Shown piece after piece: positions 19,177-30,993 of a stretch of 64,000 nucleotides of DNA. The DNA is taken from positions 1,920,001 to 1,984,000 of the forward strand of contig OZ252100.1 in the NCBI GenBank assembly GCA_965248435.1. The letters run 5' to 3'. Within the stretch, counting starts at the first letter, position 1. Each line of letters starts with the position of its first letter. Under the pieces are notes generated by a model. It had not been told where the DNA came from and did no database searches. It saw only the letters and a list, made by a program, of their open reading frames with translations. Source of the DNA: Candidatus Latescibacterota bacterium. GTDB lineage: Bacteria > Latescibacterota > UBA2968 > GCA-2709665. The position numbers and the translations under genes were made by a program.

Positions 19177-22176
19177 TTGACTGAGTCTCCCAATCTTCAA
19201 AACCTGATACTTGATCTCGAGCGGTTCTGGGCCTCCAAGGGCTGTCTTATCTGGCAGCCCTACAGCGAAAAATTGGGGGCCGGCACGATGAACCCCGCCA
19301 CTTTTCTGAGGGTGATTGGACCTGAGCCCTGGTCCGTGGCCTACGTCGAACCCTCCTTCCGTCCAGACGACGGACGATTCGCGGAAAATCCAAACCGGAT
19401 GCAGATGTTTCTCCAATACCAGGTCATTCTGAAGCCTGACCCGGGTAACCCCCTGGAGCTCTACCTGAAAAGCCTGGAGGCCGTGGGTATCGACACCAGC
19501 CGCCACGATATCCGATTCGTTGAGGACAACTGGGAGTCCCCAGTACTTGGGGCGTGGGGTCTGGGATGGGAGGTCTGGCTCGACGGGATGGAAATCACCC
19601 AATTCACCTACTTCCAGCAAGCCGGTGGCATGGCACTCGACCCGGTCGCCGTAGAGATCACCTACGGCCTGGAGCGAATCGCGATGTATCGGCAGGAGGT
19701 CCGCGACGTCTGGGAACTCAGGTGGAACGACCGGGTGACCTACGGAGAGATGCTCAAACAGCAGGAGATAGAATACTGTCACTACGCCTTCAACACAGCC
19801 AGCGTGGAACGCCTCCAGAGTATGTATTCCCTCTTTGCCGAGGAGGCCAGGGAAGCGTTGGGTCGAGGTCAGATCTTGCCCGCCTACGACTATGTGGTGC
19901 GCTGTTCGCACGCCTTTAACCTGCTCGATACCCGAGGCGCAGTCGGCGTGACCGAACGCGCACGCTTCTTCGGAGAGATGCGGGAGCTCGCCCGCCAGGC
20001 GGCGGAAATGTTCGGCGAGCAGCGGAAGGAGAAAGAGTTCCCCCTGCTTTGCAAGAAACCCGACGCCGAAAAGGCCAAATCGCGGAGCGAAGATCTTCCC
20101 GATCTGGATGCCGCCGACCTTCTTCTGGAAATCGGCTCTGAAGAACTCCCGGCCTTTGACGTTCGCAGCGGCACAGACCAGCTTAGAACCCTTTTGGCCC
20201 GGCGCTTAGATGAGGAACGACTGGCATACGAGAAGATACAGATCGGGGGTACGCCGAGAAGGCTCTCGGCACTCGTCACCGGTTTGGCCGGCCGACAGCC
20301 GGACGAGGAACGCTGGGTGAGGGGACCCACCGTCAACGTTGCGTATGATGAATCGGGTGCGCCTACGCGCGCACTGGAAGGCTTCTGCCGTGGTCAGGGC
20401 GTCCGACCGGAAGAGGTCGAGAGACGCAAAGACGAAAAGGGAGTGGAATGCGTCTACGCTCTGCGGAAGGGCGAGGGTCGCAGAACACAAGAGATCCTAT
20501 CCACCCTTCTGCCCGAGCTCATCGGTGACCTCAAGTTTGGCAAGACGATGCGTTGGGATTCGGACGGCGTCTCCTACCCGAGGCCGATTCGATGGCTTGT
20601 GGCGCTTTTTGGAAGCCAGGTCATCCCGATCACCTACGCTCGCGCGGACGCCGGTCGAGCGAGTTTCGGCCTTCGAAGTGAAGGCACACCCGCAATCGAA
20701 TTCAGATCTGCAGATGAATACCAGTCCGTGACCGAGAAACAGGGTATCCTGGTCGACCGTGACCTCCGTCGAAGAAAAATCCAAGCGCAGGTGCGTAGGC
20801 TCGCTGAGGAAGTCGGTGGTGTTGTCGCTGAGGATCCAGACCTCCTCGAGGAGGTCACCGACCTGGTCGAGGCGCCGTTCGGGCTAAGGGGGAGCTTCGA
20901 CGCGTCCCACCTCGAACTCCCTCAAGAAGTTCTGACTACGGTCATGTCCAAACATCAGCGGTACTTTCCGATCCTCGATTCAAAAACGAGTCGGCTCCTG
21001 CCTCACTTCATCACGATCGCCAACGGCCGTTCGATCGACCCGGAAACCGTCCTGCGCGGAAACGAGGGCGTGATTCGGGCACGCTACGCCGACGCGGCGT
21101 TTTTCTACCGTGAGGATAGTCGCAAACCCCTGGAGGACTACCTTCCGAGCCTGGATGCGCTCACCTTCCAGGAAAATCTGGGATCGGTACTCGATAAGAC
21201 ACACCGCGTCGAAAAACTCGTGCCCGCCTTGTCATCCGATCTGGGCCTCGCGGAAAAGGAACAGGAGATGGCCCTGCGCGCTGCCAGGCTCTGCAAGGCC
21301 GATCTGGCCACCAGCATGGTGATCGAACTCACCTCTCTTCAGGGCGTTATGGGACGCTATTACGCCCTGGCCTCGGGCGAGCCGGAACCGGTCGCCGAAG
21401 CCATACAAGGCCACTACCACCCGCGCTTTCCCGGGGATGTGCTTCCCTCCTCACTTCCCGGGTTTGCGCTGTCCGTGGCCGACCGTCTCGACAGCCTCGC
21501 CGGGCTCTTCTCCGTTGGCATAAAGCCCAGGGCGACCGCCGATCCTTACGGACTCAGGCGAGACGCGCTCGGGTTGCTGGCTAACCTGATCGGACACCGC
21601 TGCCGCTTTTCCCTCAAAAAGGGTCTCGAGGCCGCGGCTGATCTGCTTCCGGTAGAGAAGGATCGGGATCGGCTCCAGGATGCCCTCGATTTTATCCTCA
21701 GACGGCTCGCCGTTCAGTTGCGAGACGAGGGGTTCAAGCACGACGTCGTCGAAGCGACGATTGAAGGCGGCTGTGACGATCCGTTCGAACTTCGACAGAT
21801 TGTCGAAGGCCTCACGAAAATGGTCGAGTCCGAGGACTGGCTGGAGACGCTCCACGCCTACTCCCGCTGCAAACGGATCGTGAAAGATCTGCCTGAGCAA
21901 CTCGATCTGGATCCAAGCGCCGACAAGGAAGAGGCAACACAGAACCTGGGGAAGGCTTTTCACTCCGCAAAGGAGCGAATGGATCGCGCAGAGGACCGAA
22001 TCGAGACACTCGGTCAAATCCTTGAAGACCTTCGAAATCCGATCAACACCTTCTTCGACGACGTCCTCGTGATGTCCGAGGACGAAACCCTTCGCAACGC
22101 ACGCCTCGCCCTCGTCCAGCGCATCGCTGCCCTGCCTGACGGTACTGCCGACCTGAGCCTTTTGGAAGGCTTTTAA
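19177..22176 (+). CDS. glyQS: Glycine--tRNA ligase, fused alpha+beta subunits
   Basis: Alpha motifs [26 protein letters not shown] and ITYGLER continue in one ORF into beta motifs [19 protein letters not shown] and DPYGLRR. Confidence 0.97.
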   Translation: MTESPNLQNLILDLERFWASKGCLIWQPYSEKLGAGTMNPATFLRVIGPEPWSVAYVEPSFRPDDGRFAENPNRMQMFLQYQVILKPDPGNPLELYLKSLEAVGIDTSRHDIRFVEDNWESPVLGAWGLGWEVWLDGMEITQFTYFQQAGGMALDPVAVEITYGLERIAMYRQEVRDVWELRWNDRVTYGEMLKQQEIEYCHYAFNTASVERLQSMYSLFAEEAREALGRGQILPAYDYVVRCSHAFNLLDTRGAVGVTERARFFGEMRELARQAAEMFGEQRKEKEFPLLCKKPDAEKAKSRSEDLPDLDAADLLLEIGSEELPAFDVRSGTDQLRTLLARRLDEERLAYEKIQIGGTPRRLSALVTGLAGRQPDEERWVRGPTVNVAYDESGAPTRALEGFCRGQGVRPEEVERRKDEKGVECVYALRKGEGRRTQEILSTLLPELIGDLKFGKTMRWDSDGVSYPRPIRWLVALFGSQVIPITYARADAGRASFGLRSEGTPAIEFRSADEYQSVTEKQGILVDRDLRRRKIQAQVRRLAEEVGGVVAEDPDLLEEVTDLVEAPFGLRGSFDASHLELPQEVLTTVMSKHQRYFPILDSKTSRLLPHFITIANGRSIDPETVLRGNEGVIRARYADAAFFYREDSRKPLEDYLPSLDALTFQENLGSVLDKTHRVEKLVPALSSDLGLAEKEQEMALRAARLCKADLATSMVIELTSLQGVMGRYYALASGEPEPVAEAIQGHYHPRFPGDVLPSSLPGFALSVADRLDSLAGLFSVGIKPRATADPYGLRRDALGLLANLIGHRCRFSLKKGLEAAADLLPVEKDRDRLQDALDFILRRLAVQLRDEGFKHDVVEATIEGGCDDPFELRQIVEGLTKMVESEDWLETLHAYSRCKRIVKDLPEQLDLDPSADKEEATQNLGKAFHSAKERMDRAEDRIETLGQILEDLRNPINTFFDDVLVMSEDETLRNARLALVQRIAALPDGTADLSLLEGF

Positions 22177-22230
22177 GCGCTTCTTCTCGAAGGACAACGT
22201 CCGATCGCCTCACGCCATCTCCCAAACGAA

Positions 22231-24297
22231 TTGGAAACTCAGGACTCAATATTGGACCTCAGGGAGAATCTTTCATCCTGGTGCCTCTATGCAGTCCTCC
22301 TGGGCATACTCACCTTCGCCGCATTCGGCAATCTATCCACCCATCTGTTTCATACCCACGACCAGGAATATCTGCAGGACGCCGCTGTTTCTCAGGGAGA
22401 CTTCTGGTTCTTCGTTTCGCCAGAGAGGATCTATCCAGGGAGGCCTACCTTCAACCTCTATCTCTGGGCCGCTTACAAATTCTTCAAGGAAGACCCCGCC
22501 GGTTATCACCAGCTTCAAGTCTGGCTCCACTTTCTGGCCAGCCTGCTCGTCGCCTTTACTTTCAGAAGGCTAGGGGCAACTTTCGAGCTGAGCCTTATCG
22601 GTGGTCTCCTATTTCTGATGAATGTGGCCCACTTCGACCCCGTGCACTGGATTTCAGCAACCCATTACATCTTGGCACTCATCTTCGGGTTAGTCGCAGT
22701 GCTGCTATACTCCCGGTGCCTGGAAACAAGCCGCTACCGTTGGTCCTTTGCCGCAGCCTCAGCACTGGCAGTGGCCATATTCGCGCATGCCTCCACATCG
22801 GCAGTAACCTTGTTCTTCCTGATTTTGACTTTGTACAAGAAACAGCCGCGATTGAAAGCGATCTATATGCTGCTTCCCCAATTCACTGTCGCAGGGCTAT
22901 GCGGTATGGTCCTCATCCTTGTCTATCCCAAAGAACCCCAGATGAGTGTAGTTCTCAATGTCTCTCAACCTGTGGATGTCATTCGTAACCTGTTCTGGTT
23001 TTCTGGAAGGCTAGTCACAACCGCTCATTGGCTTCCGGAATCTTTGGATCTGGCGGAATACACGGCCTGGGAACTCGCAATCGGATTCATTCTCCTGTCT
23101 CTGTCTATTTTCCTTTCAATGCGTAACCGCGGTTTACTATTGCTTTGGACGGCATGGTTGATCGCATTGACTTTGCCATTCATAAGTATAGAGATAAGGC
23201 CAAATTTAACTGGACCATCCAGATATATCTATCTCTCTTCTCTGGGTTCTTCATTCATTCTTGGCTGGATAGTTCACACGCTTGTATGTTGGGTAGGGAA
23301 GCGATGGATCAACCTCACGCGACCCCTCTTTCTAGGCTGTCTAGGAGTATTGGTAGGGACAAGTTTGCTGGGACTACGAAGAGCCGAAGCCATTTCACTA
23401 GAAATTTCGGCCGGAACCTATATATATAAAAGAAAGCAAATTGAAGTAGGCCTTCAGCTGCTGAAGCGTGCAATCGCTCGAAATCCACGCGTCTTGCCTG
23501 CTGATGCATATTTTACACTCGCAGCGAATAGCTTTTTCATTGGAAAATCCACTGAGCCAATCCTGCAAAAGGCTCTCCGAGAAGATCCTGCATCTCCGGA
23601 ACTCAACATGCTTCTTGGAGTCTCCGCCTTCCTTCACGATGATCCTCAGATTCGCCTAGCCGGAGATAAGAGAGTTGAGGAAGCGCTAAACGCATCTGAT
23701 CAGGACATATTGCTTATTACTAAAACTGGGGTCGCCTATAACAATCTGGGAGGATTCTTTTATGGTACAGGAGATATGGCCACCGCGGCAAAACTGTTTA
23801 TGCGAGCTATTCAGCATGATCCAGGGCATATTTCCTCCACATTGAACCTGGGGAGGGCACTTTACAAAAGTGGCGAAAAGCAGAAGGCGGCTACGATCTT
23901 CAAGCGTCTTTTGGAGCTTCCGCTATCTGACGACTTCATCATACAATGGATGGGAAGGGTAAGCGACATTTTGGCCGAGCAGGACTACGGACAGGAAGCG
24001 ATCGATTCCTACAAGAAAGTTATCTCAGTTAATCCACAGGACACGCTCTCTCACTATAATCTAGCCATTACGTTAGAAAAAGTAGACAGATTGGAGGAGG
24101 CTGTTGAGACTTACGAGACATACTTACAGTTTCAACCCAAGGATTTGAACGCCCTTCTTGGCCTTGCTCGTTCCTACGCTGAAATAGGTCGGAGCGAAAA
24201 AGCGATCGAAGAGTATCGGCGAACTCTGTCTATCAGTCCAGACAACCAGGAAGCCAGATCCAGACTCGAGGCGTTACTGGAGCGCAAACGACAATGA
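22231..24297 (+). CDS. GT-C-like multi-TM plus C-terminal TPR protein (TMTC-like), paralogue 1
   Basis: About 10 hydrophobic segments, first-loop HDQEY, GRP, PAGYH, VHWIS and SRYIYLSS, then TPRs (AYNNLGG, SHYNLAI). Confidence 0.7.
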   Translation: METQDSILDLRENLSSWCLYAVLLGILTFAAFGNLSTHLFHTHDQEYLQDAAVSQGDFWFFVSPERIYPGRPTFNLYLWAAYKFFKEDPAGYHQLQVWLHFLASLLVAFTFRRLGATFELSLIGGLLFLMNVAHFDPVHWISATHYILALIFGLVAVLLYSRCLETSRYRWSFAAASALAVAIFAHASTSAVTLFFLILTLYKKQPRLKAIYMLLPQFTVAGLCGMVLILVYPKEPQMSVVLNVSQPVDVIRNLFWFSGRLVTTAHWLPESLDLAEYTAWELAIGFILLSLSIFLSMRNRGLLLLWTAWLIALTLPFISIEIRPNLTGPSRYIYLSSLGSSFILGWIVHTLVCWVGKRWINLTRPLFLGCLGVLVGTSLLGLRRAEAISLEISAGTYIYKRKQIEVGLQLLKRAIARNPRVLPADAYFTLAANSFFIGKSTEPILQKALREDPASPELNMLLGVSAFLHDDPQIRLAGDKRVEEALNASDQDILLITKTGVAYNNLGGFFYGTGDMATAAKLFMRAIQHDPGHISSTLNLGRALYKSGEKQKAATIFKRLLELPLSDDFIIQWMGRVSDILAEQDYGQEAIDSYKKVISVNPQDTLSHYNLAITLEKVDRLEEAVETYETYLQFQPKDLNALLGLARSYAEIGRSEKAIEEYRRTLSISPDNQEARSRLEALLERKRQ
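22275..22565 (+). repeat. Near-identical 291-nt direct repeat, copy A (paralogue 1)
   Basis: Matches 26442-26732 with about 7 mismatches by eye. Confidence 0.9.
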
Positions 24298-24304
24298 TAT
24301 GTAG

Positions 24305-26368
24305 GTGGAGAACGTGACGATCCAAGGCTCAATACTCGGCCTCCGAGAGAATATTTCAACTTGGTGTATCTATTCACTCCTGATGGGGCTGCTCACCTTT
24401 GCTGCATTCGGAAATCTCTCTACCCATCTGTTTTCAACGCACGACCAGGAATTTCTGCGGGACGCTGCTGCTTCGCAGGGGCCCTTTTCCTTTATTGTTT
24501 CGCCAGAAAGGAGCTATCCACACCTGTATCTCTGGGCCGCCTACAAACTCTTTAGGCAAGATCCCGCCGGTTACCATCACCTTCAGGTCTGGCTCCACTT
24601 TCTGGCCAGCCTGCTCGTTGCGCTTACTTTCAGGAGACTTGGCGCAACCTTTGAGCTGAGCCTCGTCGGCGGCCTCCTGTTTCTGATGAATGTGGCCCAC
24701 TTCGACGCCGTTCACTGGATATCTGCAACGCATTACATCTTTGCACTCATCTTCGGGTTAGTCGCGGTGCTGCTATACTTCCGGTGCCTGGAAACAAGCC
24801 ACTACCGCTGGTCCTTTGCCGCAGCCTCGGCCCTGGCAGTGGCCATGTTCGCGCATGCCTCCACAGGGGCTGTCACATTATTCTTTCTGATTTTGAGTTT
24901 GCAGAAGAAGCTGCCGCGATTGAAGGCGATCTATATGCTACTTCCCCAATTCGCTGTAGCAGGGCTATGCGGTGTGGTACTAAACCTTGTCTTTGCCAAA
25001 GAACACCAGATGAGTACAGTTCCCATTGTCTCTCAACCTGTGGATGTCATTCGTAACCTGTTCTGGTTCTCTGGAAGGCTGGTCACAACCGCTCATTGGT
25101 TTCCGGAGTTCTTGGCTCTGGCCGAACACACCAACTGGGAACTCGCAATCGGATTCATCTTCCTGGCTCTGTCTATTTTTCTTTCTATACGTAATCGGGG
25201 TTCGTTATTGCTTTGGACGGTCTGGTTGATCTCATTGACGTTGCCATTCATGAAACTAGGGGCAATGCCACATATTACTGGGCCATCCAGATATGTCTAT
25301 CTCTCTTCCCTTGGTTCTTCATTCATTCTCGCATGGACAGTTCATACGTTTGTCGGTTGGGTGGGGAAGCGGCAGCACGACCTCGCGAGACCCCTTTTAC
25401 TAGGCTGTGTAGGAATACTGCTGGTGTTTAGTCTACTGGGGTTACAAAGAACCGAAGCCATCTCACTACATCTTTCGTCTGGAATCTATATATACAAAAA
25501 AAACCAGCCTGAAATAGGCCTGCAACTTTCGAGGCGTGCAATCGCTCGTAATCCACGTGTTTTGCCTGCTGATGCATATTTTAGACTCGCAACGGGTAGC
25601 TTTGCCACCGGAAAATCCATTGAGCGCATCCTCAGAAAGGCTCTCGAAGAAGACCCTGCGTCTCCGGATCTCAACATGCTTCTGGGCGTTTCTGCCTTCC
25701 TGTCTAAGGATCCTCAGGTTCGACACGCGGGTGAAAAAAGGGTCGAGGAGGCACTAAATGCCTCTAGGGATAGCAAGTCCCTCCGTTTGAATACTGCAGT
25801 AGCATTCAACAATCTTGCAGCATTCTATCTTAACGCAAAAGACTATCACCGTGGGATAGAAATCTACAAGAAAGCCCTGAGCTATGACCCTACAAGCCCG
25901 AAGGCGCTCTTCAACCTAGGGAATGCTTTTTACCACATTGGTGAACCACAAAAAGCGATCGAAATCCTTAAGAATCTCCTAAAAGCTCAGCCTCCAGACG
26001 GCATCGCCTGGATGTCAGCGAGAAACCTGAGCACCATTCTAGTTGAGCAGGGATTGGACGAGGAAGCGATTCCTTTCTACACGCGGGCCATCGATGCAAA
26101 TCCTCAAGACAGTCTTTCTCATCATTCCCTCGCAATCGCACTAAAACAAACGGGTAGATTCGAGGAGGCTGTTCAGGCCTACAAAACCTACTTGATGTTT
26201 CAACCCGACAACTGGCAAGCTCGATTGAGTCTAGCTCAGGCCTACGAGAACCTCGGAAGGATTGAGGAGGCTATCGCTGAATATCGAGATGCGCTTACCC
26301 TAGGGCCCGACAATGGTGAAGCCAGAGCAAATTTAGAAACCCTCCTAGAGTTTAAAAACGCCAAGTAG
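24305..26368 (+). CDS. GT-C-like plus TPR protein, paralogue 2
   Basis: Same architecture. 5-aa in-frame deletion in the PERIYPGRPTFN loop. Confidence 0.7.
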   Translation: MENVTIQGSILGLRENISTWCIYSLLMGLLTFAAFGNLSTHLFSTHDQEFLRDAAASQGPFSFIVSPERSYPHLYLWAAYKLFRQDPAGYHHLQVWLHFLASLLVALTFRRLGATFELSLVGGLLFLMNVAHFDAVHWISATHYIFALIFGLVAVLLYFRCLETSHYRWSFAAASALAVAMFAHASTGAVTLFFLILSLQKKLPRLKAIYMLLPQFAVAGLCGVVLNLVFAKEHQMSTVPIVSQPVDVIRNLFWFSGRLVTTAHWFPEFLALAEHTNWELAIGFIFLALSIFLSIRNRGSLLLWTVWLISLTLPFMKLGAMPHITGPSRYVYLSSLGSSFILAWTVHTFVGWVGKRQHDLARPLLLGCVGILLVFSLLGLQRTEAISLHLSSGIYIYKKNQPEIGLQLSRRAIARNPRVLPADAYFRLATGSFATGKSIERILRKALEEDPASPDLNMLLGVSAFLSKDPQVRHAGEKRVEEALNASRDSKSLRLNTAVAFNNLAAFYLNAKDYHRGIEIYKKALSYDPTSPKALFNLGNAFYHIGEPQKAIEILKNLLKAQPPDGIAWMSARNLSTILVEQGLDEEAIPFYTRAIDANPQDSLSHHSLAIALKQTGRFEEAVQAYKTYLMFQPDNWQARLSLAQAYENLGRIEEAIAEYRDALTLGPDNGEARANLETLLEFKNAK

Positions 26369-26397
26369 AAATGAATCTTCCCTAGGTCCAAGAGAAC

Positions 26398-28446
26398 GTG
26401 ATTTCCCAACACGACGTGTTTGCGATCCGCGAGACTGCTTTATCCTGGTGCCTCTATGTGGTCCTCCTGGGCATACTCACCTTCGCCACGTTCGGCAATC
26501 TATCCACCCATCTGTTTCATACCCACGACCAGGAATATCTGCAGGACGCCGCTGTTTCTCAGGGAGACTTCTGGTTCGTCGTTTCGCCAGAGAGGATCTA
26601 TCCAGGGAGGCCTACCTTCAACCTCTATCTCTGGGCCGCTTACAAATTCTTCAAGGAAGACCCCGCCGGTTATCATCACCTTCAAGTCTGGCTCCACTTT
26701 CTGGCCAGCCTGCTCGTCGCCTTTACTTTCAGGAGACTTGGTGCGAATTTCGAGCTGAGCCTTATCGGTGGTCTCCTCTTTCTAATGAACGTGGCGCACT
26801 TCCGCGCGGTTCACTGGATATCTGCGACGAGCTACGTCCTGGCACTCATCCTCGGCCTCGGGACGGTCCTGCTCTTCTTCCGCCGATTGGAGACGGGTCG
26901 CCGTGAGTGGACGCCGGCTGCCGCGCTCGTGTTGGCGGCCGCAATATGCGCCCACCCCTCGGCTGCGATTGTTGCCCTGCTGTGCCTGTTTCTGGCTCTA
27001 CAAAGAAGGCTGGCGATATGGCGTGCTGCCTATGCGTGCCTTCCTCTCTTCGCCGCCACGTTCATTTCCGGAGTTGTGCTGACGGTCGTCTATTCGGGCG
27101 CCCCTCAGGTCGAGGCGACCCTCCGAGCCCCTGAACTCCTGGCTGTCATCCGCAACCTGCTCTGGATGGGAGGAAGGCTCTTCACGAACGCTTTTTGGCT
27201 CCCCGAATTCGTTCTCCTCGAAGAGTACACCTATTGGGAACTGGCAGCAGGTTTTCTTGTTCTATCTGGTTCTCTATTCCTGGCTGTCCGTAATGGCTCC
27301 TCGCTCTTGTTTTGGACAGTCTGGTCAGTTGCGTTTATTCTGCCATTCATCACATCTCAAATCCTCGGCAACGCGTCTGGACCATCTCGATATCTTTATC
27401 TCTCGTCCGTAGGCGCCTGCTTCATTTTCGCCTGGGCAATTCAGACGCTGACAATTCGTGCAAAGAGGAGAAGCAAGAACGCGTCACGGGTGCTTCTCGC
27501 AGGCATTGTGTCAATCATACTGGTTTCCAGTTTCTTTGGACTGGGTAAAACCGAGGCTGTCTCTCTTTATCATTCCGGAAGGACCTATTTTGCCCGAGAA
27601 GACAAGCAGCTTGCGTTAACGCAGTTTGAAAGGGCGATTACACAAGCTCCTGCCGTTTTACCATCTGACGCATACACACGCCTGGCGCACACCGCCTTTA
27701 CTCTGGGAAAATCTGTCGAGCCTATTCTTCGGACTGCCCTGGCAAGAGACCCTGAATCTCGCGAGCTCAATATGCTTCTAGGTGTCTCCGCCTACCTTAG
27801 CGACGACCCTCAGAATCGTGAGGCCGGTGACAAAAGGGTTCAGGAAGCGCTACAGTCCTCACAGGATCACGAGCTTGGCCACGATACGGCGGTGGCATTT
27901 AGTAATCTGGCGGCGTTTTATGTAGAGACGACAGATTATCAAACAGCAATCCATCTATGTAACAGGGCTTTGGATTATCGCTCCCATCATCCTCCGGCTC
28001 TTCTTAATTTGGGGAGTGCGCTATACCAAATTGAGGAAACGGACAAAGCCCTGAAGATCTTCCAAATGCTACTGAGGGTTCAACCTGACAACTGGAAAGC
28101 CACGGTGGGCTTGGCTCGGTCATATCAGAGGCTGGGCAAAGTCGACGAAGCGGTCATCGCATTCCGACGTGTTCTATCTCTGAATCCGAGTTTTCCGGAG
28201 GCCCATTTTGACCTGGGTGCTCACCACTTTAATCGCGGAGAATTTAGCGAAGCAGCCGAAAACTTTCGGGAAACTCTACAGCTCTCGCCTGATTTTTTGC
28301 CTGCCCGTCTGGCCCTGGCTCGGTCTTACGCCAGGATAGGCCAATATCACCTGGCCATTCAGGAGTATCGACACGCGCTGTCTCTCCATCCTGACAACGA
28401 CGAAGCCAGGTCACGTCTCAAGAGCTTGCTGGAGCTCAAACGCTAA
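26398..28446 (+). CDS. GT-C-like plus TPR protein, paralogue 3
   Basis: Same architecture: HDQEY, GRP, SRYLYLSS and TPRs. Confidence 0.7.
   Translation: MISQHDVFAIRETALSWCLYVVLLGILTFATFGNLSTHLFHTHDQEYLQDAAVSQGDFWFVVSPERIYPGRPTFNLYLWAAYKFFKEDPAGYHHLQVWLHFLASLLVAFTFRRLGANFELSLIGGLLFLMNVAHFRAVHWISATSYVLALILGLGTVLLFFRRLETGRREWTPAAALVLAAAICAHPSAAIVALLCLFLALQRRLAIWRAAYACLPLFAATFISGVVLTVVYSGAPQVEATLRAPELLAVIRNLLWMGGRLFTNAFWLPEFVLLEEYTYWELAAGFLVLSGSLFLAVRNGSSLLFWTVWSVAFILPFITSQILGNASGPSRYLYLSSVGACFIFAWAIQTLTIRAKRRSKNASRVLLAGIVSIILVSSFFGLGKTEAVSLYHSGRTYFAREDKQLALTQFERAITQAPAVLPSDAYTRLAHTAFTLGKSVEPILRTALARDPESRELNMLLGVSAYLSDDPQNREAGDKRVQEALQSSQDHELGHDTAVAFSNLAAFYVETTDYQTAIHLCNRALDYRSHHPPALLNLGSALYQIEETDKALKIFQMLLRVQPDNWKATVGLARSYQRLGKVDEAVIAFRRVLSLNPSFPEAHFDLGAHHFNRGEFSEAAENFRETLQLSPDFLPARLALARSYARIGQYHLAIQEYRHALSLHPDNDEARSRLKSLLELKR
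26442..26732 (+). repeat. Near-identical 291-nt direct repeat, copy B (paralogue 3)
   Basis: Matches 22275-22565. Confidence 0.9.
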
Positions 28447-28523
28447 GTGAATTGCGTTGAGTCTACCCGAAACGATTCTGCGTATTTTGATCCTCAAACC
28501 GTTGTCGTGAGATCCTATGGAAT

Positions 28524-30988
28524 ATGACCAACCAAGGCTCAATACTCGGCCTCCGAGAGAATGTTTCATCCTGGTGCCTCTATGCAGTCCTCATGGGGCT
28601 GCTCACCTATGCCTCTTTCGGAGACCTCTCCACGCACCTGCTGTTCAGCCACGACGCTGAATATCTGCAGGACGCTGCAGTTTCTCAGGATGACTTTTCC
28701 TTCGTCGTCTCACCGGAGAGGATCTATCCGGGCAGGCCCACCTTCAACCTCTACCTTTGGGCCGCTTACAGGCTCTTCGAGAACGTCCCCGCCGGCTACC
28801 ATCTGCTCCAGGCCTGGATCCACGCCATCGCGAGTCTGCTCGCCGCTTTTACGTTCAGGAGACTAGGCGCAAGCCTCGAGATCTGCCTGGCTGCAGGCCT
28901 CCTGTTCTTGATGAACGTGGCCCACTTCAGAGCCATTCACTGGATATCGTGCTCGAGTTACATCCTGGCCCTCATTCTGGGTCTTTGCGCTGTCCTGCTC
29001 TTTTGGGAAGGGCTGGAGAGGGGTCGTCGCGGCTGGATCCTAGGGTCCAGTCTTCTGCTGGCGGCAGCCGTCTTCGCCCACGCCTCGACGGTTGCGATCC
29101 CACTGTTCTGCTTCTTTCTGGCGGTGCGCAGAACGTCGTCGATTCAGAAAGCAATCTACATCGCCCTTCCCCAACTGGCCACCGTGGCGGTGTGCAGCAT
29201 TGTGGTCTTGGCCGCATACCCAAACACGTTTCAGGCCGCAGCCATCGTAAGAGCGCCTCAGCCTTTCGACATGGTCCGCAACCTGATCTGGTTCTGGAGC
29301 AGGCTTGCTTCGACCGCCCATTGGCTCCCCGGCTTCCTGGACCTGGAAGGCGTGACCCATTGGGAACTGGGCGCTGGATTTCTGTTCTTGATCGGTTCTC
29401 TCTATCTGTCAGTGCGCAGAGGCCCAGACCCTTGCCTCTTGACCTGGACGGTCTGGTCGATCCTGTTTTGTCTTCCATTCATAAATTCTGCGAGTCTGAC
29501 GGGAAACATACCCGGGCCATCACGGTATCTCTATTTCGCGTCCCTGGGTACTTCCTTCATTCTGGCCTGGATCCTTCATGCAATCGTGTTTCGATTGCTG
29601 AATCTTTCTCGAGCGGGAGAACGTGCTGCTTTCCTAGGCGTCCTGAGTCTGATCGTCGTTCTCAGTCATTTCGGTCTCGCAAGGGCAGAGGCAATTTCCC
29701 TTTACCACGCAGGCCGAAGATATATTGCCCGGGGAGACCATGCCCCAGGCGTCAACCAGCTGAAGGCGGCGATTGCTCGAAGCACGAATATACTACCCAT
29801 CGACGTCTATAGTCGGCTTGCAATGAGTTCATTCGTCCTGGGCAAATCTTCTGAATCGATACTTCGCAGTGCTTTATTGAAGCATCCCGATTTACACGAA
29901 CTCAACATGCTCCTGGGAATGTCCGAGTTGTTGCACAGCGACCCTCAAGTTCGAGAGGCCGGTGAAAGGCAAGTTCGAGACGCGGTAGAAAGCTCTGTCG
30001 ATAAGGAATTGCTTCGCTGGTACGCCGCTATCGCCTACAACAATCTTGCGACATTCTACTCCGGATCAGGCCATAAACGGACTGCGATAGAACTCTACTT
30101 CAACGCCATTAGGTCTTATCCAGACTATCCGACTGCAATTTGTAACCTGGGAAGGGTTCTCTACGACAGCGGCGACAGAAAAAGGGCCGCAGACGTCGTC
30201 CATTCTCTATTGCAGCTGCAGTTGCCTGATGGATTCATAATGCGACGTGGCTCGGAGACTTCATGTCCTCGGAAGGTCGAAAAGAAGATGCAGCAGCATT
30301 CTACAAACTGTCCGCCAGCGTGAGCCCCGAAGATGGCTCGGCACATCATACCCTGGCGATCACGCTGGCCGAACTGGAAAGATTCGAAGAGGCGATTGAA
30401 GCCTACCATTCATGTCTGAGGTATCAACCCGACAACCTTAAAGCCCGTCTTGGCCTGGCGGCGTCCTACGAGAGGCTCAACAGGATTGGCGAGTTGATTG
30501 CGACCTACCGACACGCTGCATCGCTGAAACAGGACAGTTCATCCTTTCATAATCTGGCTATCACGTTAAAGCAGTCTGGCAGATTGAAGGAGGCTATCCA
30601 AGCCTACAACGCATACTTAAAGTTCCAACCCGACAACTGGAGGGCCCAACTCAGCCTGGCTCAGGCCCATGAAAGTCTGGATGAGATCGATGAAGCTATT
30701 TTGGCATATCAAAAGGGTTTGTCACTGAATCCCCATTTTGTGGAGGCTCACTTCAATCTAGGGGTGCACTACTTCAAACGCGGGGAATTCGACGAAGCTG
30801 CCGAAAGCTTTAGCCAGGCTGTCCGGCTCTCCCCCGACTTCTTGAATGCTCGCATTGGTCTCGCGCAGTCTTTCGAAAAAATGGGTCAACGTGAAGAAGC
30901 AGTTCGAGAGTATCGAAACGCACTCTTGCTCAATCCGAACGATCGTAAACTGATGGCCAGTCTTCAGGCCCTTTTGGCACACGAATAG
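28524..30988 (+). pseudogene. GT-C-like plus TPR protein, paralogue 4, frameshifted near 30245
   Basis: ORF 28524-30323 loses similarity after DGFIMR. The TPR tail continues in another frame (TWLGDFMSSEG..., ORF 30263-30988). Confidence 0.75.
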
Positions 30989-30993
30989 CGTGG

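Noticed and set aside
22275-26732. Diversity-generating retroelement (TR/VR pair)
   Set aside because: No reverse transcriptase. The repeats are at 5' ends of paralogous genes and the mismatches are not adenine-specific.
28757-29812. 351-aa alternate-frame ORF
   Set aside because: Arg/Pro-rich off-frame reading inside paralogue 4.
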